Positions 1 to 10,385 of a stretch of DNA of 46,986 nt are shown piece by piece. The notes beneath the pieces are model-generated. The model was not told the DNA's origin, searched no databases, and saw nothing but the letters and a program-made list of their open reading frames with translations. Position numbers and translations under genes: made by a program. Source of the stretch: Paraspadella gotoi (lineage: Eukaryota > Animalia > Chaetognatha); assembly GCA_051294375.1 (NCBI GenBank), contig CM119267.1:2752447-2799432 (forward strand), read 5' to 3'. Within the stretch, counting starts at the first letter, position 1, and each line of letters starts with the position of its first letter.

Positions 1-28
1 CGACGACGACGACGACGACGACGACGAC
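1..28. repeat. (GAC)n microsatellite; a second tract at 151-181
   Basis: Directly visible cgacgacgac run. Confidence 0.95.
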
Positions 29-255
29 CGAAGGCTGACAAAAACGATCAATTAGAAAGACGAGAGGTGAACAATGGATCGGAAAACGATCAGGGGGAAA
101 AAACCCGACGATGAATGCTGAATACAAAGCGGGTTGTTTTTGTTGTGGAACGACGACGACGACGATAACGACGACGACGACAGAAGGACAGCGACGTCTC
201 ATTGTTATAGTGGGAGGATTTTCGTTGTTTGGGAGAGAAAAGGGAGAGGAGATTT

Positions 256-380
<125 letters not shown>

Positions 381-643
381 ATATCGCCAACAACGAATAT
401 GGGCCAGTTCGGGCTGATGTTTGTGAAATGAACAAAAATCTCAGCTTTTCCCTGATCAATTACCAAACTTTTCGATTCTCTTTACTTCCCTCCCTCTTCT
501 CTCCCCAGATTTACCCAGCAATTATTCATCATTTCCTTCAGTCCTCACCAGTTGGCGCATTGAGCTTAGCTTAGCTTATGATCATCTTGGCTCCGGGTTT
601 AAACCCAACCCGGTACCTGCTTCTTTGAAGGTCGACTGGAAAA

Positions 644-703
644 GCCCCATCCCCGATTCCAAGGTCAAGGTCAAGGTCAAGCCCCATCCCCGATTCCAAG
701 GTC
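644..703 (+). repeat. Short direct repeat GCCCCATCCCCGATTCCAAGGTCA x2 with intervening (AAGGTC)n
   Basis: Two identical ~24-bp copies separated by AAGGTC hexamers. Confidence 0.85.
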
Positions 704-2039
704 AGAACGCGTCTCCTGGATGCTCGCCGGGTCCGGAAGTCCCTCGTAGGACGAACGCCTATCAAGTCAAGTCGATGTGAAGTGAAGTGATGTGAAGTGG
801 AGGTGTTCGAGATAAAAATGGCGAAGAAAATGAGATGAATCGATTTAAAATCGAAGTAAAATCATAAAATGGAAAGGAATCGAATTGTCTCATTGTACAA
901 TTCGTTTTAATAGAGAGGGAAAACTTAAGTTTAAATTTGAAAAATGAACAATTATAAATCATTACTANNNNNNNNNNNNNNNNNNNNNNNNNNNNNNNNN
1001 NNNNNNNNNNNNNNNNNNNNNNNNNNNNNNNNNNNNNNNNNNNNNNNNNNNNNNNNNNNNNNNNNNNNNNNNNNNNNNNNNNNNNNNNNNNNNNNNNNNN
1101 NNNNNNNNNNNNNNNNNNNNNNNNNNNNNNNNNNNNNNNNNNNNNNNNNNNNNNNNNNNNNNNGAATTTGTGACAATAATTTGTTATAATGATATAATGT
1201 TATAATTTCATCTTCACCGTGACACCCTATACCATGTCACCCCCTCCTGCTCCTCCTCCTCCACCTCCTCCTCCTCCTCCTCATAATCCTCACCTCGTTC
1301 CGCTTCACAAAATTCGCGTCGTCGAGTCGAGGAAATCGTAAAGAGGATGTCGTCGTCGTCGTCGTCGTCGTCGTCGTCTTCACCCCTCTCTCGCCTTCAC
1401 CTTTCTCTCGCCCCCTCTCTCTCCTATCTATCTCTAATCTCTCTCTCTCTCTCCCTCTCCCTCTCTCTCTCCATCTCCGCGATTTCCGAAACAAGGAAAT
1501 GAATCTCGAATCTCTGAACGACGTCGATCTTAACCATGACAACTCCATAGATCCTTGTCGTCTGTCTCTGTCTCTGTNNNNNNNNNNNNNNNNNNNNNNN
1601 NNNNNNNNNNNNNNNNNNNNNNNNNNNNNNNNNNNNNNNNNNNNNNNNNNNNNNNNNNNNNNNNNNNNNNNNNNNNNNNNNNNNNNNNNNNNNNNNNNNN
1701 NNNNNNNNNNNNNNNNNNNNNNNNNNNNNNNNNNNNNNNNNNNNNNNNNNNNNNNNNNNNNNNNNNNNNNNNNNNNNNNNNNNNNNNNNNNNNNNNNNNN
1801 NNNNNNNNNNNNNNNNNNNNNNNNNNNNNNNNNNNNNNNNNNNNNNNNNNNNNNNNNAGTCACGGTTGACGCAACGGTCAACGTCACGGCGTCACGGTCT
1901 GTCGGTTCCCAGACGAGAAAACCAGATTTCGAATCGAGATTAGGAATAGAGAAAATTTTGATGACGGGAATTGATTCGGCGAAGGGAAAAGAATTCGGAT
2001 GGAAGGGGTCTATTCCAGAATAGGATAGGTGATTCTCCG

Positions 2040-2442
2040 ATGAATTGGTAGAACCAATTTAAATATCATCCATTTATTCAATAAATGAGCTATCTTGCCC
2101 CTGACTTTGATATGATAATAAGATAAACCTTTATTGAATTGAGTCTTTGATGTTTCTACAGGAAGAGATCCTTGACAAATAAACAATAGTTTTGCTGCAA
2201 AAAATTAGTTTTAAGTGATTTTATTTGTCTTTTTTTTAGCTAATTTTTTATTACTTTTGTAACCAGACATGAAAAGAGAGAAACATAGAGCTTCTGGCTT
2301 CGAGTAGAATCTTGATTAAAAAGGTAGTCAGAATCTTGCAGTGTTATTATCTTGTAGCCTGTAGCCTGTTAGTCAGGGCAAGGGAGGTTATTTATTAAAT
2401 GACATAGGTAATAATTTTGTATATTGGATGTACTTATTTCAT
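2040..2442. mobile_element. MITE-like non-autonomous DNA transposon with ~70-bp imperfect terminal inverted repeats
   Basis: Left end ATGAATTGGTAGAACCAAT...AATAAATGAGCTATCTTGCCCCTGACT (2040-2106) mirrors right end AGTCAGGGCAAG...TTTATTAAATGAC...ATATTGGATGTACTTATTTCAT (2371-2442); the same end recurs at 7456-7500, 36870-36945 and 38443-38470. Confidence 0.7.
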
Positions 2443-2479
2443 AGACTTTATCAGGGGAGTGATGAAGAATGAGAGCATG

Positions 2480-2510
<31 letters not shown>

Positions 2511-2884
2511 CGAGAGACGAAATGATACATGAGAGGAGAGAGAGAGAGAGACGGAGAGAGAGAGAGAGGGTCGGGAGAAGAGCGAAGATGTTGTTCAGGT
2601 GCTTGGTTAGGTGCGAACTTCCGACATTGGGCGCTTTTTGCTTTTAAAAAAGAAATCAAAAAATCGACGAAATAAAAAAAAAATTCTTTGCTTTCAAATT
2701 AAAAAGAAAAAAAAATCTTATTTCGCTTCATTTTTTGGTTTTGATTTCCTCTCATCCTTCGGCTGCGGCGGCGGCTGGGGCGCGAGCGGCGGCGGGGCAG
2801 CGGCGGCTCTTGACGGAAAGTAATAAGTAACACGAAGGAAAAAAAGCGAAAAAAGTCGAACGAAAGTTGGAATCTGTCTTATAG

Positions 2885-3228
2885 ATATCAGTTTAAATAT
2901 CAGTCGGAAAAAAATTCAGAGGCTCTATTTCAGGTTTCCAAATAAATATCATTTTTTCTTTTTAAATATCAATGATTAATTCATTTTCAGGGTTCTAAAT
3001 AACTATCATGTTTTTCTTTTTAAATATCATTGAATTGTTCTTCTCATTATATGCCGTTCTTGTCATGAATCCGGTTTTTTTTTAACTATCATCTTTCCTA
3101 CTTTAAATATCATTGATTTTGATCGGTTTCCTTTTAAATATCATCTTTTTTAAATATCAAATTTACTTTTAAATATCATCATTTTTAAATATCAGTAACT
3201 CTAAATCGGTTTCCTTTAAATATCATTT
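2885..3228 (+). repeat. AT-rich degenerate array of TTTTAAATATCA(T)
   Basis: More than 10 irregularly spaced copies of the taaatatca core. Confidence 0.7.
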
Positions 3229-3367
3229 CCGTGACGTCGATCTCAGACGATGACGCGGGCGACCGTCGTCGCCTCCGCGGTGACGTCATCCGCGATGTTA
3301 CGGTTTTGTCCGTCGATTGCGTCACGACCGATTACGCTCCGTCACTTCGCCTCTTTTCTGACGCCGT

Positions 3368-3640
3368 CGTGCTCTGTCACGTCCGTGCTCTGTCACGTCC
3401 GTGCTCTGTCACGTCCGTGCTCTGTCGCTTCGAGTCCTGTTACGTCTCGCTCTGTCACGTTTAGCTCTGTCACTTTCAAACCTGTCACATCGAACTCAGT
3501 CACTTTGAACCATTTCACGTCAAGCTCTTTCACGTTGAGTTCTTTCACATCGACCCCTATTACTAAACCTTCGACACTTGGTGCTCTGTTACCTCGACCT
3601 CTGTCACGTTGAGCTCTGTCACGTCGTGCTTTGTCACTTA
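3368..3640 (+). repeat. 15-16-bp minisatellite (CGTGCTCTGTCACGTC)
   Basis: Three perfect 16-bp copies at 3368-3415 followed by a gradient of degenerate copies. Confidence 0.9.
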
Positions 3641-4042
3641 TATCGGTCCAAGCAAAGCGTTAAGTCTCACTCATATCTCTCACAAATTTTTCACCATCAG
3701 AATTTCTACATTGGCATGTTTCCTTTCTTTTTTTTTGGTTCATGTGAGCCTCGCGCGGCATTTCCTCCTCCTCCTCCTCTTCCTCCTCCTCCTCCTCCTC
3801 CCTCGTCTTCTCATCCTTCAAGAACGCGAGATGTTATCAACAGATAGAGAGAGAGACACTGAGACAGTCTTAAGCTCCGGACTGAAGATCTCAAAAACCC
3901 GAAATCGAAGAAGTGATTTTCTCTTTGCACTCTCTTCCAAAAAGGATTCCTCCTTAATCCTCTATTCTCTTTCTATCCTATCTTCTTTCCTATCTCTATT
4001 CCTCTATCCTCCTTAATCCTCTATTTTTTTTCTATCCTATCT

Positions 4043-4312
4043 TCTTTCTCTTTTCTATCCAATTCTCCTCCTCTTTTCTATCCTATCCTTCAACCTCTCT
4101 TCCATTCGTTCCTTCTTCTCTTTTCTATCCAATTATCCTTCTCTTTTCTTCCTATCCTTCAACCTTTCTTCAATTCGCTCCTCCTTCTCTTTTCTATCCA
4201 ATTCTTCTCCTCTTTTCTATCCTATCTTTTAACCTCTCTTCCATTCGTCCCTTCTTCTCTTTTCTATCCAATTCTCTTCCTCTTTTCTATCCTATCCTTT
4301 AACCTCTCTTCT
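4043..4312 (+). repeat. ~70-bp pyrimidine-rich minisatellite x4 with internal ~23-bp subunits; degenerate flanks 3950-4500
   Basis: TTTTCTATCCAATT recurs at 4051, 4121, 4190, 4260. Confidence 0.85.
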
Positions 4313-4673
4313 ATTGTCTCCTATCCTATCTTCTATCCTCCTTCAATTTTCTATTCTATCCTTCGACCTCTCTTCTTTCCACTTCTTCACTTTTCTATCT
4401 TATCTTCATTCCCAATTCTATCCTATCCTCAAATTTCTCTTTCTCTTTATCCTTGCTATCCTATCCTATCCTATCTTCTCTTCTATCCTCTTCTTTTCTC
4501 TTCTTCTTCCCTTTTTTCACGCCTTATTCAAGTTCGTAGTGGCGAAATGTAACTTGTTTTATATCTTAATTTCGGTAAGGCGATTATGATCTGTAGAATA
4601 TTCTAATAGCCCTGGGACCGAGTGTTGCCGAAAATCTCTTTGTCAAAAGAGAGAAAAAGTATGGATTTCTCAG

Positions 4674-4676
<3 letters not shown>

Positions 4677-4730
<54 letters not shown>
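4677..4730. repeat. (CT)n microsatellite
   Basis: Perfect run. Confidence 0.97.
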
Positions 4731-4733
<3 letters not shown>

Positions 4734-4893
4734 CGCAACCAATTCTTTCGGTCAATTCTTATCACAGACTTCATCTCATTTCGCGTCCAAATTGTGAGGG
4801 TGGCCAATGGATTTTGATGGTGAAACCGAAAGGAAAAGTCGATGTGAAAAGATGATATCGAACCGTGAGTAAATAAATGTCGATCTCAGGTCA

Positions 4894-5040
4894 ATGGAAC
4901 TGTCGAACTTATGACGATGTATGGAACTTTCGAACTATTAGAAACGTAACTGTAAGTATAGAACTGTCGAACTTAATACGATGGGAACTGTCGAGAACTG
5001 TCTAGAACTGTCGAACTTAAGACGATGGGAACTGTCGAGA
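4894..5040 (+). repeat. Degenerate tandem repeat built on GAACTGTCGA(ACTTA)
   Basis: About 7 copies of the gaactgtc core, including a longer duplicated block. Confidence 0.8.
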
Positions 5041-5349
5041 AAGTAAGCGGAAAATAAGAAAGTAAAAAGATAAAAAAGATTCTCAGAGCAAAATGTTTCA
5101 ATGGGACTGAGTAGTAGAGTTTTAAGTTATTTAAAAATTTAAGAAGAGATTTATACGATAAAAATATTGATATTTACGTCTATTGAAATTGAGGTATGGA
5201 CAAGGACTCAAATTAAAAGATATTTACGATCTATTCAGTTTCTAATTTTTTCCATTATTCATCTCGATAAAAATCAAAAATCCTGAAAGGAATGCCAACC
5301 GCTTTCGAAACGGTAGTTATTGAAGTAAAAAAAGTAATTTATTGGAACT

Positions 5350-5500
5350 GGAGTGATACAAAATAATATGGACCTTTGTCACAGGGTGACAAACCAAGGT
5401 TCATCACGCCCCCACGTCCCTACGCTTCTCGTAGGACAGATATCACTGGGAGTCGATCCCGGAACCTGAGCGAATGGTATTACTCAATGAGCCACCGGAG
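5350..5500 (-). mobile_element. tRNA-derived SINE-like element (Pol III head)
   Basis: Minus strand reads CTCCGGTGGCTCATTGAG (A-box-like)...GGGATCGACTCCC (B-box, one mismatch to GGTTCGANTCC); 8-bp-stem hairpin TTTGTCAC-agg-GTGACAAA at 5375-5393; no complete cloverleaf. Confidence 0.5.
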
Positions 5501-5831
5501 ATGTCATGCTTATTGGCGGGGTGAACTTATACGTAGCAATGCGCTACAGTTCTAGACAATATCTATTGTCTCACTCCGGTTTGAAATCCGTGTATATTTT
5601 TTTCGTTATTATTTTTTGGCAACGAATTTTCCAAAATCTGTTTTACTTTTCTCTTCTTTTCTATAAATAAATTTACTCTTCAGTTTTCTTTACTTCTTCA
5701 CTTCCTCTTAACTTATATTTTCCTCTTTACTTCTCTTTTGCCTTATAATATCTTTTCTGAAAACTTCTTTACTTTTCCTTCATCTTGGCTTCACAACCTG
5801 ACTTTCACCCACTCCGTTTTCTTGTTCCTGC

Positions 5832-5835
5832 TCTC

Positions 5836-5904
<69 letters not shown>

Positions 5905-5940
5905 CTCTCTTCTTCTCTCTCCTCTCTCTCTCTCGCTCTC
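5832..5940. repeat. (CT)n microsatellite
   Basis: Interrupted CT run. Confidence 0.95.
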
Positions 5941-6194
5941 AAAGCAACAAAGTCCGGAAATTATGTCTGGGGCTCGAGAGGCGCCGCTCGCGTCGGCACC
6001 GGCGCGCCCCGGCGATGCACCGGCGACGCACCGGTGCCGCGTGGGCTCTCCAGCCGCGCACCGGCGACGCTGCTGCCGGCGACGGCGCGGCTGACGCTGA
6101 AACGCTGCCCCCGCCGCCGCGGAAATTTTTTCCATCGACGTTTTCTGCCAGAAGACGCGTTATCTCGACTGAGAAATCTTGCCAGCGTTGGCGG

Positions 6195-6315
<121 letters not shown>

Positions 6316-7185
6316 AGACCGCCTGGAACGTTAGCTCGCTGGCGCTTGAGAAGGCAAGACGCTTTGAGAAGCGGCGTTCGCGACGCCACATCAACGTGAT
6401 GGGGAGTGGCGGGCGGCGTCGGCGGCGGCGGCGACGGCGGCGGCGGCGGCGGCAGCGGGGCCAAAATCCGGAAACATTAAGTTGGCGGGGGAAGTGATAG
6501 AGGAGGAAGGAGGAGGAGGAGGAGGAAGAGGAGGAGGTTTGATGGGAAAGAAGACAGGAAACTAAGCGGTTAATCTTCTTTGGAAGTTTAATGTTCTGAA
6601 CATTTGGTTGTTTTTTTTTTCTACTGAGTGTTTTGCGTAAGAAAAGGAAAATGCAAAATGTTTTATTTAATTAACCAAAATAAACGTTTAGATTAAACAA
6701 ATAATACGAGTAAAATAATAATAAACAAAAATAATAAGTAAAATCTAAACAAAAACGTCACCACGCTGTGACGTGAAAGTCGCGTCGCTCAATCTTCACC
6801 GCAGTGAGAAACTGTGAGGAAGAAAAGATCAAAGTGAGACGGCGGGAAATGAAAGGCCTGTGAAACAAACTCGAACCGTAGTCACATTTCAATTCACGCA
6901 TTCACTTCACAAATCAAACTATTTCTCTTCAGAGATAAATTCACATTGAAGTCTTCGCTCGGGCGATGCAAGTCGAAAACAATAGCGACCACAAGATCCT
7001 CATTAACAACAACAACAACAACAACAACCCGTCACGGCCCGTCTTCCTCTTTTTTTTTTCTTTTTACGATTTCATCTCAAATCTCGAATCGGAAAAGTTG
7101 GCTTCTTATCCCCTCGTTATTCTCCTTTTACCAAGTCTCTTCCCTCTTCTCTCTTCCTTCTTTAATGTTATTTAACGAGGCCCTT

Positions 7186-7223
<38 letters not shown>

Positions 7224-7230
7224 GCCGCCG
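7186..7230. repeat. (CCG)n microsatellite
   Basis: Directly visible. Confidence 0.95.
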
Positions 7231-7361
7231 CTGACTTTTCATGCTAACGTCTGCCGTTCGGTTGATGCACGTGCGAGGAAAGGAGAAAGGTGAGGGAGGA
7301 AGGAGGAAGAATTAAGGGGGAAAAAAAGAGAAAAATCTTGAGGAAAATATTATATGGGAGC

Positions 7362-7500
7362 AAATAAACGAGACTGTGAGAGAGTCTTGATTGAAAGCTG
7401 CTATGTCAATATCTTGTAAGAGTTATGAAAGCCTTAAAACCACTAAAGCGTGTCCAAAGTCAGGGGCAAGATAGCTTTTTTATTAAATGAATGAATGAAA
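7362..7500 (-). mobile_element. Partial copy of the 2040-2442 MITE family
   Basis: Reverse complement aligns by eye with 36903-37063 (CTATCTTGCCC.TGACTTTGGACA...GTGGTTTTA...TTTCAATCAAGA.CTCTCTCACAGTC). Confidence 0.75.
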
Positions 7501-9145
7501 AAAAGAAGAAAAGAAGATGATATAAAAGGATGGAATTGTAGATGAGTCGAACCAACACAACGTGAGGGTTGTATCTATCGTAGCACCTGTGAAGAAGTTT
7601 TGTCTTCACACTTTCGGAGACGAACGATTTTAGCTTCGCTCGTTCGAAGAGTTTAACATGAGTTCCACTGATGTTTTGAAGGAAAAAGTCGCAATAAATA
7701 TTTGAACTTTTATTTGTAAAAAATGTACATCAAAAACTCGTAAAACAGGGTTTCTTACGGACGAAACACATTCTATTAAACTTAAGTTGAAACTGACTTT
7801 ATTATGAAAATCTCTCTCTCCAAAATTGAGGTTTCAAGTAGTGGCCAGTAAAAAATACCAATCGATCAAAAATTTGTCCGAAAAATTGGCCAAATGACCT
7901 TAAAAAGAGTAAGAGAGNNNNNNNNNNNNNNNNNNNNNNNNNNNNNNNNNNNNNNNNNNNNNNNNNNNNNNNNNNNNNNNNNNNNNNNNNNNNNNNNNNN
8001 NNNNNNNNNNNNNNNNNNNNNNNNNNNNNNNNNNNNNNNNNNNNNNNNNNNNNNNNNNNNNNNNNNNNNNNNNNNNNNNNNNNNNNNNNNNNNNNNNNNN
8101 NNNNNNNNNNNNNNNNNNNNNNNNNNNNNNNNNNNNNNNNNNNNNNNNNNNNNNNNNNNNNNNAAACCGCCAAACTTCTTTGTCTTCCTCTCATGAAAAA
8201 TTCTTTTTCTCATCTTTTATCTCTCTCGTCCATCGTTTGCCTCCTCANNNNNNNNNNNNNNNNNNNNNNNNNNNNNNNNNNNNNNNNNNNNNNNNNNNNN
8301 NNNNNNNNNNNNNNNNNNNNNNNNNNNNNNNNNNNNNNNNNNNNNNNNNNNNNNNNNNNNNNNNNNNNNNNNNNNNNNNNNNNNNNNNNNNNNNNNNNNN
8401 NNNNNNNNNNNNNNNNNNNNNNNNNNNNNNNNNNNNNNNNNNNNNNNNNNNNNNNNNNNNNNNNNNNNNNNNNNNNNNNNNNNNNNNNNNNNNNNNNNNN
8501 NNNNNNNNNNNNNNNNNNNNNNNNNNNNNNNNNNNNNNNNNNNNNNNNNNNNNNNNNNNNNNNNNNNNNNNNNNNNNNNNNNNNNNNNNNNNNNNNNNNN
8601 NNNNNNNNNNNNNNNNNNNNNNNNNNNNNNNNNNNNNNNNNNNNNNNNNNNNNNNNNNNNNNNNNNNNNNNNNNNNNNNNNNNNNNNNNNNNNNNNNNNN
8701 NNNNNNNNNNNNNNNNNNNNNNNNNNNNNNNNNNNNNNNNNNNNNNNNNNNNNNNNNNNNNNNNNNNNNNNNNNNNNNNNNNNNNNNNNNNNNNNNNNNN
8801 NNNNNNNNNNNNNNNNNNNNNNNNNNNNNNNNNNNNNNNNNNNNNNNNNNNNNNNNNNNNNNNNNNNNNNNNNNNNNNNNNNNNNGGGCGGCATGTGTTG
8901 CGCGGGGGTTAATCTCCCTTCGCATCAAATATGGAGCCGTCGTATAAACAGCGACAGTTATGTCCTCGCAAAAAAAGAGAGGGAGGGAGAGAGAAGAAGG
9001 AGAGAGAAGTAAGAGAGAAGAAAGAGAAGAAGAAGAGAGAAGAAAGCGAGAGAAGAAAGAGAGAGAAGAGAGGAGAAACATTAAGAAAAGGGATGAATGA
9101 GAGAAGAAAAGAAAAGGAAAAAAAAACGAGATCGGTTCATCCAAT

Positions 9146-9435
9146 TTGTTGCGCAGCAGTGAATTTCTTTTCACGTATATTTCCCTGTGATCACATGAAA
9201 TGAAATGACATGACATGACATGACTATAATAACTTTCTTAGCCCGTGTATTTATGACACTCACTGCATCGGAATTCTGTCTTTTATTCTTTAAAGTTTTA
9301 GGATTTCCTGAAGGCGGCGGCGGTTTTTTCCTGTCCTAACAAATGAGCAACTATAGGCGAGTTATGAGCATTTTTAATGTAAGTGGGACAGACCGACGGA
9401 CAGACAGACCGAAAAGTGATATATAAAACTATACC
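9146..9435 (+). mobile_element. Degenerate Helentron/HINE-like non-autonomous element, same family as 13352-13772
   Basis: Shares, in order, TGTTGCGC.GCAGTGA, TCCTAACAAAT, GTAAG..GGA..GACCGA.GGACA and a GACC/GACA microsatellite with the 13.4-kb copy. Confidence 0.45.
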
Positions 9436-9959
9436 TGGGGAAAAGAAGGATTAAAAGACTTCATTTTCGTATCGTCATTGTTTACGAAAATTAAACCCAA
9501 AGATGTTTTGAGTTTTTATATTTTGTTTGTTTGTTTGTATTAACTTATATTATTTGGTTTAGGGAACGAAACCGAAAGAGAAAGCGAAAACTGAGCGACA
9601 AAGAAAAAAATGGAAAATATTTTTTTTTCTCTCAAATTTCTTTTTCGACTCCAAATATCTTTTGTTTTTTGTTGTTGTTGTTGTTGTTTTTGTTGTTGTT
9701 GTTCGTCTTTTCGGATTTTTCTCTTCTTGTTTGCGGCTTTAACCGTTAAGCTTTCTCTCTCTCTCNNNNNNNNNNNNNNNNNNNNNNNNNGATGACGTTT
9801 GGTGCGGAGAGAACGGGGCAGAGAGAAGAGAGAGGAAGACGCTACGCACGAGCCCACAGAAGAGGGAGGGAGGGAGGAGGAGAGGAGAGGAGGGCGAGGA
9901 ATTCAAGAACGCGTGGCGGAGCGATCCGCGGCACGTGAGATACGGGAGGGAGAAGAGCG

Positions 9960-10295
9960 AGAAGAGAGAGAGAGAGAGAAGAGAGAGAGGAGAGAGAGAG
10001 AGAGAGAGAAGAGGGGGAGGGAAGAGGGGAAGAGAGAGAGAGGGAGAGAGGGAGAGGGAGAGAGAGAGAGGAGAGAGAGAGAGCGAGAAGAGAGAGAGAG
10101 AGAGAGGGAGGGAGAGAGGCGAGAAGAGAGGGAGAGAGGGAGAGGGAGAAGCAGAGAAGGAGAGAGGAGAGAGAGGAGGGGAGAGATAAGAGGGAGGGGG
10201 GAGAGAGAGAGAGAGAAGGTCAGAAAGAGAACGAGGGAGAGGGAGAGAGGAGAGAGAGGAGAGGGGAGAAGGATAGATCGCAGAGAAGGACAGAA

Positions 10296-10327
<32 letters not shown>

Positions 10328-10385
10328 AACGATAAAGAAGGAGACGAGAGAAGAAGAGGAGACGAGAGGAGAGGAGAGAGAGAAG
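9960..10385. repeat. Long degenerate (GA)n/purine tract
   Basis: ~420 bp almost purely G/A, shortly after a 25-N gap. Confidence 0.9.

Noticed and set aside
3281-3288. CRE site TGACGTCA
   Set aside because: A single 8-mer is expected by chance in 47 kb
5440-5500. Functional tRNA gene
   Set aside because: A/B-box-like motifs are present but no anticodon arm or complete cloverleaf can be folded by eye; kept only as a SINE-like head
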